Origin: Candidatus Zhuqueibacterota bacterium
GTDB lineage: Bacteria; BS750m-G25
Direction of reading: 5' to 3'
NCBI GenBank assembly: GCA_016783505.1
Contig: JADHWK010000004.1
Span: 62,001-88,919 of the forward strand
Length of the DNA stretch: 26,919 nt
The notes beneath the pieces were generated by a model. That model was not told where the DNA came from, searched no databases, and saw only the letters and a program-made list of their open reading frames with translations. The position numbers and the translations under genes are program-made. Positions 7,619 to 15,931 of this stretch are shown here, one piece after another; positions within the stretch are counted from its first letter, which is position 1; each line of letters begins with the position of its first letter.

Positions 7619-9508
7619 TTATTTTATCAAAAGCATTTTTTTGACATCCAAAAATTTGGTTTGATCAGAAGTAGCTTCAATCTTATAAAAATATATTCCG
7701 CTACTGAAACCAGTTCCATCCCAATTGACAGAATAATATCCGGCATCTTGAACCTGATTGATCAAAGTGGTAACTTTTTGACCGAGAAAGTTAAAAATGG
7801 TGAGGTATACTTTTGAGGGTTCAGGCAATTGGTATCTTATGGCAGTTAATGGATTAAAGGGATTGGGATAATTTTGTAAAACCGAGAAATAAGTAGGAAT
7901 ACTGTTTGAATTACTTTTTTCGTCAACAAATAAAATTGGGGAATATTCCTCTGAAGCTTCCATTACTCCATGTACATTGTAAACATCAATATATACCCAA
8001 TCAATCTCTTGAGGTGAAAAATCAAATGTAAATCTGGTTGTATGATCATCTGGCGGCCACTCACCAAATGTATAGGGATCCACAGTAACACCATTGACTG
8101 TTTGGTCAAAATCACCGTAATCATCTTCAATATAATCTACATTAATCTTATCATCATAATTTATTTCCTTGTATAAATTTTGCCCAGTTGCTGAAGTACC
8201 CCAAACTGTTACTTGATTTAAATCAAGTTCGCCCCCAGGCACGGTCACCTCAAAGACCACACTGGTGGCCGTTGAGGCATCCTCATCCAATGCTATGATC
8301 ATTCCGTAGGTATCGTTATAGGGCAAGATGTTCATAGGGTTTCGTGAATCATGTTTGCCTAGATTGCCTTCCCAAGTTCCCCAATAATCCTTAATATCCA
8401 AATGGTCGTCGTATATGTCAGCAAAATGGGTCTGACCGGCTTTTAAATCATCATTTACCGAAAGTCCTGCAATTGCTGTAATATGGTAATAACGCATAAA
8501 ATGCCAAGGATCGAGAACATCTTGAGCGATGACTGTGTGTCTGTCACCCGATATCAATTCCACCCTTCCAGAGAAAACCGGATAAACATCTTCTTCGCCC
8601 ATATTATCATCTTGAATATCTAACCCCCGGTGGAACCTGTATCTACCGTCAGGATAATGTCCGGGTCCGTAAGGGGCTGTTAGACCATGGGCTGGCGATG
8701 AACTCCGGGACAATGGCCAGCAATATTGCCCACCATCATCGTTGTAGTAAATCCATATCTTCAAATAGTCAATATAACCGGTATATAATTCCACTTCATC
8801 CCTGGCAAAAAGAGTCCAAGTTTGATTTACAGGATCACCATTAAAGGCAAATGTATATCGGTACATATAAATATCATAATCATCTTCGGAATCATCGTCA
8901 TCCCCATCGTCTGATCCATCAAAAGGATCACCATCTTCCAATCCATCCCATACTACAATATAATTCGCATAATCATTATAAAATTCCACGTATAAGTCTG
9001 TCAGCCATGAGTGAACAATTTGTAACTGAACATCCACACAAGTAACTACTGCATCATATGGCTCTACACCCGAAATCGTAATAGTGGAAGTGCGACCTCC
9101 CCAATCATAATCAGGAATATTATAATGAGTAGTATTTTCACCATATTCGATTTGAGCCATTATTTCTTCTGGATTATACCTTCGACCCTCTATTAGTATC
9201 CCCTTTCTGGCTATTATAAAGTTAATCCCCAGATTTCTGAGTGTTGAAATTTTATATTGCTCTACAGGAATAAGTCTATCTTGAAAATATTTGCAATCAA
9301 TCCCTAATTTCCTCAACTGTTCAATTTGCACTGAGGAAATTGACCTTATCTTTATAAGGACGATATCTTTCTGTGAAAATCTTAGCCTGTTTCTTGTAGA
9401 TTGCCGACTTGAGGCAAAACAATCAGGAATATAAAATATGGTCATTAATGAAAGAATGGTCAGCACCAGAAAATTTGTTGTGAAGATCCATCGAATAAAA
9501 CACTTCAT
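7619..9508 (-). CDS. Secreted protein with proprotein-convertase P-domain, M23-peptidase-like domain and C-terminal T9SS type A-like sorting domain
   Basis: Hydrophobic N-terminus; IPD...TSTITISG...IVHSWLTDL...FNGDPVNQTWTL...D...GYI (P-domain); YGP...FHRGLDI...VYPV..G.V...YYH...HL (M23-like); VLQNYPNPFNP...KKMLLIK. ATG at 9508 preferred over TTG at 9535. Confidence 0.75.
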   Translation of the reverse strand: MKCFIRWIFTTNFLVLTILSLMTIFYIPDCFASSRQSTRNRLRFSQKDIVLIKIRSISSVQIEQLRKLGIDCKYFQDRLIPVEQYKISTLRNLGINFIIARKGILIEGRRYNPEEIMAQIEYGENTTHYNIPDYDWGGRTSTITISGVEPYDAVVTCVDVQLQIVHSWLTDLYVEFYNDYANYIVVWDGLEDGDPFDGSDDGDDDDSEDDYDIYMYRYTFAFNGDPVNQTWTLFARDEVELYTGYIDYLKIWIYYNDDGGQYCWPLSRSSSPAHGLTAPYGPGHYPDGRYRFHRGLDIQDDNMGEEDVYPVFSGRVELISGDRHTVIAQDVLDPWHFMRYYHITAIAGLSVNDDLKAGQTHFADIYDDHLDIKDYWGTWEGNLGKHDSRNPMNILPYNDTYGMIIALDEDASTATSVVFEVTVPGGELDLNQVTVWGTSATGQNLYKEINYDDKINVDYIEDDYGDFDQTVNGVTVDPYTFGEWPPDDHTTRFTFDFSPQEIDWVYIDVYNVHGVMEASEEYSPILFVDEKSNSNSIPTYFSVLQNYPNPFNPLTAIRYQLPEPSKVYLTIFNFLGQKVTTLINQVQDAGYYSVNWDGTGFSSGIYFYKIEATSDQTKFLDVKKMLLIK

Positions 9509-9565
9509 TGTATACCCCAATTTAAACAATGACAATTAATTGGTAATTTTCATAAAGACTAAAAT

Positions 9566-10861
9566 TTAAGGCTTTATATCAATCTTTTGAATAGTGGTTT
9601 GATCTTTGCTTAGAATAATAAACGAAGTTGGGCTTTCCTGTAAATCCCAAATGGGAACAATGGAACCAAAAGCACTATAGACATCTGGGTTTTCTTGCAA
9701 CTCGCCAGTCTCTATATTAAGTATGGCGATCTTCTTGTCTCTACCCCACTTGGAAGAAATAATATAATTGTGGTTTGAACTAAAATCATTCTGGATCCCG
9801 TAAAATCTTTTAAAAATTTTACGCCATTTTACCTCTCCCGTCCTGCAATTAAGTAGCTCCAAGCCTCCCCTTGGTCGTTGAACAAATATATATTTTGAAT
9901 CCCAGGAAAAAGAAAAACTACTTATTCCACATAATATGCCATCAATGTAGACACTATCTTCGTCATACCATAAAAGGTTACCTTTATTGTCAAACATAAT
10001 TAAAGTTTGCGCATAAGCTTGGTGAACTCCAAAATTTTTGACACCTAAAGCAATAAATCTACCATCATTACTTGCCTTGATTCTGGGACATGCCTCACTT
10101 ACCCACAATGGATGGGGATTCTCTATTACATCATTAATGTCCACCTCCCATTTGCTTTGACACTTTTTAGCATCAAAAAGAATTAACCTGGTATAGGCAA
10201 TCTCAAACCTATTTTTCTCTGTATTGAATTTCTCTTTAGTTTTGATGTAAGCAATTTCGCTGTCATTTAGAAAAGTAGCAAACCAGCTGGAGGCTTCTGG
10301 ATCACGATAGATTTCTTCACCAGACCTATTGTCAAACAGATGAAAAAAACCCGTAATCTCCTCCCCACTTTGCTGGGTAGTAATGGCATAATTCCCCAAT
10401 GGGGATATCGTTAAACCAGGATCCCTGACAGAAGCCTTCCATTTCAGATTCCCATCTTTATCATAGCTTCTAGAGACAAGAATTTCCCCATATGGCTCGG
10501 CCGAATTTATAATAAACGACTTCCCATCCCTGGACAAGGAAATATTGATTATGCGATCTTCTTTATCATGTTTCATCACCTTACTCTGTTCCCACAAGAC
10601 ATTCCCATTAAAATCCAAGTATGAGACTTTAGTGATGTATGAAGGTGTAGTAAGTGGCCTCTTATAACTAAATACTAATATATTTTCTCCACCCACCTGC
10701 ACATCCCTGATTTTCCCATCAAATTCTTTTTCCCAGGAAACCAAAGAATTGGGGAAAAGCTGCTGGATCACTTCAAACTTCACTTGCCCACCGGCATAAT
10801 TGAAAAATAAACTGCTTATCAAAATAGACAAGCAAATATGCTGACGACAAAACCCTCTCAT
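9566..10861 (-). CDS. Secreted hypothetical protein, probable PQQ/WD40-like beta-propeller
   Basis: Signal peptide; repeated D..GN.LW / TGE..W blade motifs; GGAGG RBS just upstream of ATG 10861. Confidence 0.7.
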   Translation of the reverse strand: MRGFCRQHICLSILISSLFFNYAGGQVKFEVIQQLFPNSLVSWEKEFDGKIRDVQVGGENILVFSYKRPLTTPSYITKVSYLDFNGNVLWEQSKVMKHDKEDRIINISLSRDGKSFIINSAEPYGEILVSRSYDKDGNLKWKASVRDPGLTISPLGNYAITTQQSGEEITGFFHLFDNRSGEEIYRDPEASSWFATFLNDSEIAYIKTKEKFNTEKNRFEIAYTRLILFDAKKCQSKWEVDINDVIENPHPLWVSEACPRIKASNDGRFIALGVKNFGVHQAYAQTLIMFDNKGNLLWYDEDSVYIDGILCGISSFSFSWDSKYIFVQRPRGGLELLNCRTGEVKWRKIFKRFYGIQNDFSSNHNYIISSKWGRDKKIAILNIETGELQENPDVYSAFGSIVPIWDLQESPTSFIILSKDQTTIQKIDIKP

Positions 10862-11001
10862 TTTAGCCTCCAAATATCTATTATCCAGGTTATTTGATTT
10901 GTCTTAATAATATCCTTCTCTTTCCTTTTATCTTATCTTCACAGCAATTCCACAAATATCGTCCCAATAATCAGAAAAAAAGATTGGATACTTCAGTGCT
11001 T

Positions 11002-11030
11002 AAGATAACAATTATTTTTCGAAATGTCAA
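11002..11030 (-). promoter_or_regulatory. Putative sigma70 promoter for the secreted-protein cluster
   Basis: Minus strand TTGACA (11030-11025), 17-nt spacer, TATCTT (11007-11002) with TGn extension; long A/T tracts directly upstream. Confidence 0.7.
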
Positions 11031-11243
11031 GAAAAAAAGTAAAAATCTTAAAAAAAAAAAAATAAGATTATTTTAAATGTAATCATCTTAGTAATTACTA
11101 ATAAAATTCCTTTTTTATAGGATAAAAAGAATAAATAAACGAATAATGTTGGGGACCGAATATTATATTTTACTCAGGCAAACCAACAATCCACTATTCC
11201 GCTCCCCCGGTCTATCAGCTCCGCTCTTTCGGAAATCGGATAC

Positions 11244-11266
11244 AAAAAAGGAAGCCACCGGCCTCC
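11244..11266 (-). terminator. Intrinsic terminator downstream of PTS IIB
   Basis: Minus strand GGAGGCC-GGT-GGCTTCC-TTTTTT. Confidence 0.7.
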
Positions 11267-11356
11267 CTACGTTTCAATCCCTTATTAAAAATTTCCTGAA
11301 CCAATAGCCAGCCCAGTCGGTTAGTGGCACTTTATTCAAACCTGATCAGTCCTCTG

Positions 11357-11500
11357 TTCTTTCAAGGTTGAACCTTGAAAGAATTATTTTACCTTTAGGT
11401 TAAAGACATGATCAGGCTGTTTAGCTCCAAAGGGGGGGTGTTTCTACGATTATGGAATAATCTAAAGGTATCTGTAATACTTCAAGGTGTAACCTTGAAG
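11357..11500. repeat. Pair of REP-like palindromes with a TTCAAGGT...ACCTTGAA core
   Basis: ttctttcaaggtt-g-aaccttgaaagaa (11357-11383, perfect 13-bp arms) and cttcaaggt-gta-accttgaag (11480-11500, perfect 9-bp arms). Confidence 0.85.
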
Positions 11501-11545
11501 CAACAAAAACGTCAGTCGGGTACCTGAATGAAAAGTGTCTATAGC

Positions 11546-12025
11546 TTAATCGAACTTTATCAACTTACACAGATCAACCTTCTTCCCGGTGGGGACGTCG
11601 CAGCATTCCAGTTTTACCCCCAGGGCCTTGATCTTTGCCAGTTCCTGGATGTCCGCAGGGTTCAAAAAGAGATAGGGCAAAATCTCCCTTTTGCCCGGCC
11701 GATAGTGGATCCCCCCCAGATTAATCTTATCCAATCGCAGGCCTTCTTCCAATAGTCTCAGGGCGTCCCGGGGAGATTCCACCAACACCATCACGTTTTT
11801 CCCCTTGGAATGCCCCCCCATAAGGGCTGCTGCCGTCTCTTCAATGGACAAAACCTCGGTTCTCATATCGGGGCAGAACCCGTTCTCATATAAAGACCGC
11901 TCCCAGGCATCACCCCGAATGCGGTCATTCGCCAGAATGAGAACGTCCAGCCGCAGATGGTTCCCCCACCCAGTCACCACCTGGCCGTGGATCAGCCGAT
12001 CATCAATCCGCACCCAGAGGTTCAT
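11546..12025 (-). CDS. PTS mannose/fructose/sorbose family IIB component
   Basis: RIDDRLIHGQV phospho-His motif, ANDR, INLGG. Start placed at MNLWVR (12025); the upstream ORF extension runs into a repeat. Confidence 0.93.
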   Translation of the reverse strand: MNLWVRIDDRLIHGQVVTGWGNHLRLDVLILANDRIRGDAWERSLYENGFCPDMRTEVLSIEETAAALMGGHSKGKNVMVLVESPRDALRLLEEGLRLDKINLGGIHYRPGKREILPYLFLNPADIQELAKIKALGVKLECCDVPTGKKVDLCKLIKFD

Positions 12026-12091
12026 AATTAATCCGACACCCTCTTCCTCGGTTTTAGTTCTTAATACTCGGGACAAATGTTCTACATCCAT

Positions 12092-12190
12092 ACCTAAATA
12101 AATCCGAAATTCGAATATCGTCATGCCGAAGGCAGATCCACCTTTGGCGGAAAATCCGAAACAAATCGGTCAGGCGCCGGACTGATCGGA
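12092..12190. repeat. Second copy (left arm) of the heptamer-periodic element with a 31-bp insertion
   Basis: 12092-12120 identical to 24970-24998 (29 bp); 12152-12186 matches 81-115; insert tcatgccgaaggcagatccacctttggcgga at 12121-12151. Confidence 0.85.
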
Positions 12191-12263
12191 TTTTTCAATG
12201 TATTCTGTTCTGCCTAACCAACCGCTAAGATTCGGGAATAACCATCCGACAATACCTTAAGTT

Positions 12264-12671
12264 TTATGATACCCCAATACCTTTAAGTCCAGCATCTTTA
12301 ACCAAGCCCAGCAACTCCTTAGTCGAAAAGCTTTTTCTTTTAGTTAGAAAGGAGAGCAGCATAGGAAGGTTGAGCCCGCAGACCAGAAAAACGTTCTTCA
12401 TCCCCTTGGCCGCCAAGCGGGCGGCGTTGTAGCAGCTCCCCCCTTTGGAGTCAACGAACAAAAACATCGGGGTCCGATCCGACCCCTTCAACACCTGTTT
12501 TATGGACTCTGAAAAGTCCTTAAGGCTCAGGTTATGATTAGAAAGACAGACTATATCCTTCTGCCGGCCGAGGATGCCTTCGGCGGTGGACAGGAATGCC
12601 TTCCCCAGATTCCCATGAGTGATCAAGACCCCTTCAACCCTGGCCCCTGTGGTCCCCTTATTCAAAATCAT
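12264..12671 (-). CDS. PTS mannose/fructose family IIA component
   Basis: LITHG phospho-His motif, VD..GGSCYN, GLNLPML; overlaps the hprK stop. Confidence 0.9.
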   Translation of the reverse strand: MILNKGTTGARVEGVLITHGNLGKAFLSTAEGILGRQKDIVCLSNHNLSLKDFSESIKQVLKGSDRTPMFLFVDSKGGSCYNAARLAAKGMKNVFLVCGLNLPMLLSFLTKRKSFSTKELLGLVKDAGLKGIGVS

Positions 12672-13623
12672 GGAGCAAATAATCCTTGATCTGCCTCCGA
12701 GCCCTCATTCCTTCCAACAGCCGGCGGTTAAATTCCTTGGCTGGATCAAAGCCGTAAACCTTCAAATGAAGGTTCAGGGCGATGACTTCGGCGATGACGG
12801 TGATGTTCTTACCCGGGAAGATGGGCAGTTTGATGAGGGGGATTTTGACCCCCAGGATTTCCCGGTATTGTTCGTCCAATCCGATCCGCTCGTAGTCTAA
12901 GTCATCCCGATACTCCTCAAGTTCCACCTCGGTCTCCACCCGTTTATGGAGGCGGATGGCCCGGATCCCGAAGATGCGCTGGACGTTGATGATGCCAATG
13001 CCCCGGATCTCCATGAAGTGCTTCAGCATCTCACTGCCGGAGCCGATGAGCACCCCCTCAGCTTTCCGGGTGATGGTCACCACATCGTCGCTGACCAGCC
13101 TATGACCACGCTCCACTAAATCCAGGGCGATCTCGCTCTTACCGATGCCGCTTTGGCCGGTGAAAAGAATGCCGGTGCCGTAAACGTCCACCAGCGTTCC
13201 GTGAACCGTGGTGCTGGGGGCAAAACGATCATCCAGGTAGTCGCTGAGCAGATGGACCAGCTCGGTGGTGACCAGCGGGGTTCGGAAGATGGGAACCCCT
13301 TTCTCGTCCGCCATTCCCACCAGCTCCTTAGGGGGACGGCTGCGGCTGGTAATGATAAGACAGGGAATTTGAAATCTGAAGAACTTTTCAAAAATGCGGC
13401 GTTTTTCAGCGGCATCGTGCTTTTTTAAGTATAAAATCTCAGAATTCCCAAGAACCTGCACCCGGTCATAGGTAAACAGGTCAAAAAAGCCGGCCAGGGC
13501 CAGCCCGGGCCGATGGAGCTCCTTGGTGACGATTTTTCGCCTAAGGCCCTTCTCCCCGGCCACCAATCTCAGCTTAAGACGATGTCTATTATCCCTCCAG
13601 AAGGTATCAACGGTCAAGCCCAT
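12658..13623 (-). CDS. hprK: HPr(Ser) kinase/phosphorylase
   Basis: RPGLALAGFF, HGTLVDVYG.G, GQSGIGKSEIALDLVERGHRLVSDD, MEIRGIGII, PGKN. Confidence 0.97.
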   Translation of the reverse strand: MGLTVDTFWRDNRHRLKLRLVAGEKGLRRKIVTKELHRPGLALAGFFDLFTYDRVQVLGNSEILYLKKHDAAEKRRIFEKFFRFQIPCLIITSRSRPPKELVGMADEKGVPIFRTPLVTTELVHLLSDYLDDRFAPSTTVHGTLVDVYGTGILFTGQSGIGKSEIALDLVERGHRLVSDDVVTITRKAEGVLIGSGSEMLKHFMEIRGIGIINVQRIFGIRAIRLHKRVETEVELEEYRDDLDYERIGLDEQYREILGVKIPLIKLPIFPGKNITVIAEVIALNLHLKVYGFDPAKEFNRRLLEGMRARRQIKDYLLHDFE

Positions 13624-13936
13624 AGGTTATCCCCTGTTTAGCAATTTTATTCCGATTTTTAAGTTTCGTCTTAAATTTACGCAATTGTCTCTCCAGCTTC
13701 GACCCGGCACGATCTATGGATTTATAGATATTATCTGAATTTTCACGGGCGGCGAGACTTCTACCTAAAACACCCAGTCGCATCTCACAGATCTTATTCT
13801 CCCGCTGCCAATCCAACACCACATCACAATCAATGATACCGTCATAATATTTCTTCAGTCCTTTAGCGACGTCAGTAGCATACACTTTCAGCTCCTCGGG
13901 AAGTTTAAAATGCCTGGCCGTGACCGTAATCCTCAT
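13607..13936 (-). CDS. hpf: Ribosome hibernation promoting factor / RaiA family
   Basis: I.VTARH...LK.Y...L.KYYD.I...V.L...Y.SID....KLERQLRKFK; GGAG RBS; adjacent to hprK. Confidence 0.9.
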   Translation of the reverse strand: MRITVTARHFKLPEELKVYATDVAKGLKKYYDGIIDCDVVLDWQRENKICEMRLGVLGRSLAARENSDNIYKSIDRAGSKLERQLRKFKTKLKNRNKIAKQGITYGLDR

Positions 13937-14006
13937 TTTGCTCCTCCGTTTTTAAACCTTTACTTATATAAACTCATAGCGATAAGAATCATATAGATCA
14001 AAGTAA

Positions 14007-14160
14007 ATCAGAATATCAGTCCCGAAGCTTCGGGATAGGCAGGTTATCAGAGTATCAGAATACCAGGTTATTTTCACCGTGAAATGTTTAACTTGTTTAT
14101 CTTGTCCTGTTCTTGTGGTCTTCTGATATTCTTCTCGCTGATCTTCTGATCACCTGATAT
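14007..14160. repeat. Octamer tandem units (ATCAGnnT) with inverted copies (CTGAT), containing a TCCCGAAGCTTCGGGA palindrome
   Basis: atcagaat atcag[tcccgaagcttcggga...]ttatcagagt atcagaat accagg (14007-14067) and ttctgat...gctgat cttctgat cacctgat (14121-14158). Confidence 0.8.
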
Positions 14161-14292
14161 ACTTATTACCATAGGATACTTCCGACTTTTTAGTCCTTAA
14201 AGACCGCCGGTTATTGTTGCGTCTTTACTATAACCAAATCACATCCCGAAGCTTCGGGATTCACGATTTTTCAAGCTTAAAAGTTTACTAAG

Positions 14293-15189
14293 TCAGGATT
14301 TTCCCCTCTCCGCCCGGGGATGAGCCTGAGCATAGACCTTCCTCAATCTTTCCGGGGTCAGGTGGGTATAGACCTGGGTGGTAGAGAGGCTCTCATGACC
14401 CAGGAGTTCCTTCACCGCCCTAAGGTCCGCCCCTCGATCCAGCATGTGGGTGGCAAAGGTATGGCGGATCAGGTGGGGGGACAGCCGGGTTAGCTCCGAG
14501 ACGGCGGTCAGGTAGCGGTGGACTATTCGCTGCACGCTACGGGCTGAAATCCGGTTGTCCTGGCGGTTCAAAAACAAGGCTTCACTTCCACCGTCCCCCC
14601 GAAGGGAGAGGTAATTCTTGAGAGCCGCTACTGCCTTGCTCCCCAGGGGAACTATGCGCTCCTTTCTACCCTTACCCATTACCCTAACCTGGGTGTTAGT
14701 AAAGTCCACCTGATCCAGGTTAACGCCCACCAACTCAGACAGCCTCAGCCCACAGGAATAGAACAACTCCAGAATGGCGGCATCCAGGGCCCCCTGTAGG
14801 GTGTGTCGGTCCGGTATCTCCATCAGCTTCTGGGCCTGATCTATGCTCAGAAAACTGGGCAGTCCCTTCTTCAGCTTGGGGGTAGGGATACCGGCGGCTG
14901 GATTAACCCCCAGAATCCCCTCCCTGACTAAGAACCGGAAAAAGGAGCGAATACTGGCCAGCTTGCGGGCCACCGATTCGTTGGAGAGACCACCCTTCAA
15001 CAACATACCCAGAAAATGCTTGATAGCCAGCTTATCCACATCCCCCAGGCCCACCTCTTTCTTACCCAGCTGATCCTGAAGGAACTCGACCAACTGCTCC
15101 AGGTCAATGCCGTAGGATTTGATGGTGTTATCTGAGAAGTTCCGCTGAAGTCCCAGGTAGAGAAGATATTTTTTTATGTAGGATCTCAT
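14293..15189 (-). CDS. xerC: Tyrosine recombinase XerC
   Basis: Catalytic residues in CGLRLSEL, GKGRKER, SPHLIRHTFATH, LLGH, TTQVYTH, and the AHPRA end. ATG 15189 overlaps the restored HEPN stop (ATGA). Distinction from xerD rests on context (after topA). Confidence 0.88.
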   Translation of the reverse strand: MRSYIKKYLLYLGLQRNFSDNTIKSYGIDLEQLVEFLQDQLGKKEVGLGDVDKLAIKHFLGMLLKGGLSNESVARKLASIRSFFRFLVREGILGVNPAAGIPTPKLKKGLPSFLSIDQAQKLMEIPDRHTLQGALDAAILELFYSCGLRLSELVGVNLDQVDFTNTQVRVMGKGRKERIVPLGSKAVAALKNYLSLRGDGGSEALFLNRQDNRISARSVQRIVHRYLTAVSELTRLSPHLIRHTFATHMLDRGADLRAVKELLGHESLSTTQVYTHLTPERLRKVYAQAHPRAERGKS

Positions 15190-15600
15190 CCCCTTTCTAT
15201 TTCTAATATAAATCTTGACCAATTTTCTGAAATTCTATTAGCCAGATTTTCTAAATGAGCCTCATCAAGCATAAATCCATATCCATGAACAAAAAAAATG
15301 TCTAAAGGTTAGGTTTTCATAAAGTTCATCAGAAAGCTTCTCCGAAATAACACCAAGGGATACGGAAAGATTCAGTAGCTCCTTATGCCATGTCTCAGAT
15401 TTAGGCACCTCAACATTTTTTGCATGCAGAACTTGCTTCAAAATATTTTCTATCCAGTTATATATGTTATGAAGAAATGTACCGATAGCAGCTAGTTCAA
15501 TAACCGACTTCTTTTTCCTCGCCATAGCTTCTTTAAGACTGCTTAATGCTGTCTCCACGTTCTCTTTTTCTGCGAGTATTTCCTTAGTTAGATCATCCAT
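15186..15600 (-). pseudogene. HEPN/DUF86-like ribonuclease toxin, frameshifted in a T8 run inside its R-X4-H motif
   Basis: LHNIY..IENIL, WHKELL, FRHFF. Deleting one base of A15291-15298 gives FRHFFVHGYGFMLDEAHLENLANRISENWSRFILEIERG* (137 aa). The ORF as given stops at 15265. Confidence 0.85.
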
Positions 15601-15862
15601 AGATTTTTACAACAGTTTCTTCAACAAGTTCATTAAATAATGATTTCTTAGATAAATCAACAAGATCAACAGGTTTGGGTAAGTATTTGAATAACTCGGC
15701 ATAAAATTTGAAGAATGACCGAGGTTCAATTCCTTTCACCCCAATGTCTATATCATTAACCTCTCTGCCCTTCCTAACTGATGAACCAAATAAAAAGATC
15801 GAAGAAACATTATATTTTTTAGCACATTTTAAAATTATCTCTTTTTCTTTTTCTGTTATCAT
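15593..15862 (-). CDS. Minimal nucleotidyltransferase (MNT) antitoxin
   Basis: LFGSS...NDIDIGV and VDLVDL motifs; 8-nt overlap with the HEPN gene. Confidence 0.9.
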   Translation of the reverse strand: MITEKEKEIILKCAKKYNVSSIFLFGSSVRKGREVNDIDIGVKGIEPRSFFKFYAELFKYLPKPVDLVDLSKKSLFNELVEETVVKIYG

Positions 15863-15931
15863 TTTAATCCCCTCTTTTTGCCCAGATTTCGGAAAACCAG
15901 AAAATTGACGAAAGGCCAGGACCGGGCAGGT

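Noticed and set aside
10894-11076. 60-aa plus-strand ORF
   Set aside because: Low-complexity, Lys-rich translation of the A-tract promoter region with a TTG start and no clear RBS.
12026-12124. 33-aa N-terminal extension of PTS IIB in the ORF track
   Set aside because: It begins inside a repeat; the family N-terminus matches MNLWVRIDDRL at 12025.
14227-14274. hpf promoter (TTGAAA...TATAGT) disrupted by the palindrome at 14243-14260
   Set aside because: The spacer would be 18 nt if only the palindrome is removed but 14 nt if the TCAC duplication is removed too; too ambiguous to call.
14293-15862. xerC plus the adjacent TA pair as an integron or prophage integrase locus
   Set aside because: The protein has a plain XerC/D signature ending in AHPRA with no evident integron-integrase insertion; I saw no attC, att or dif sites and no phage genes.
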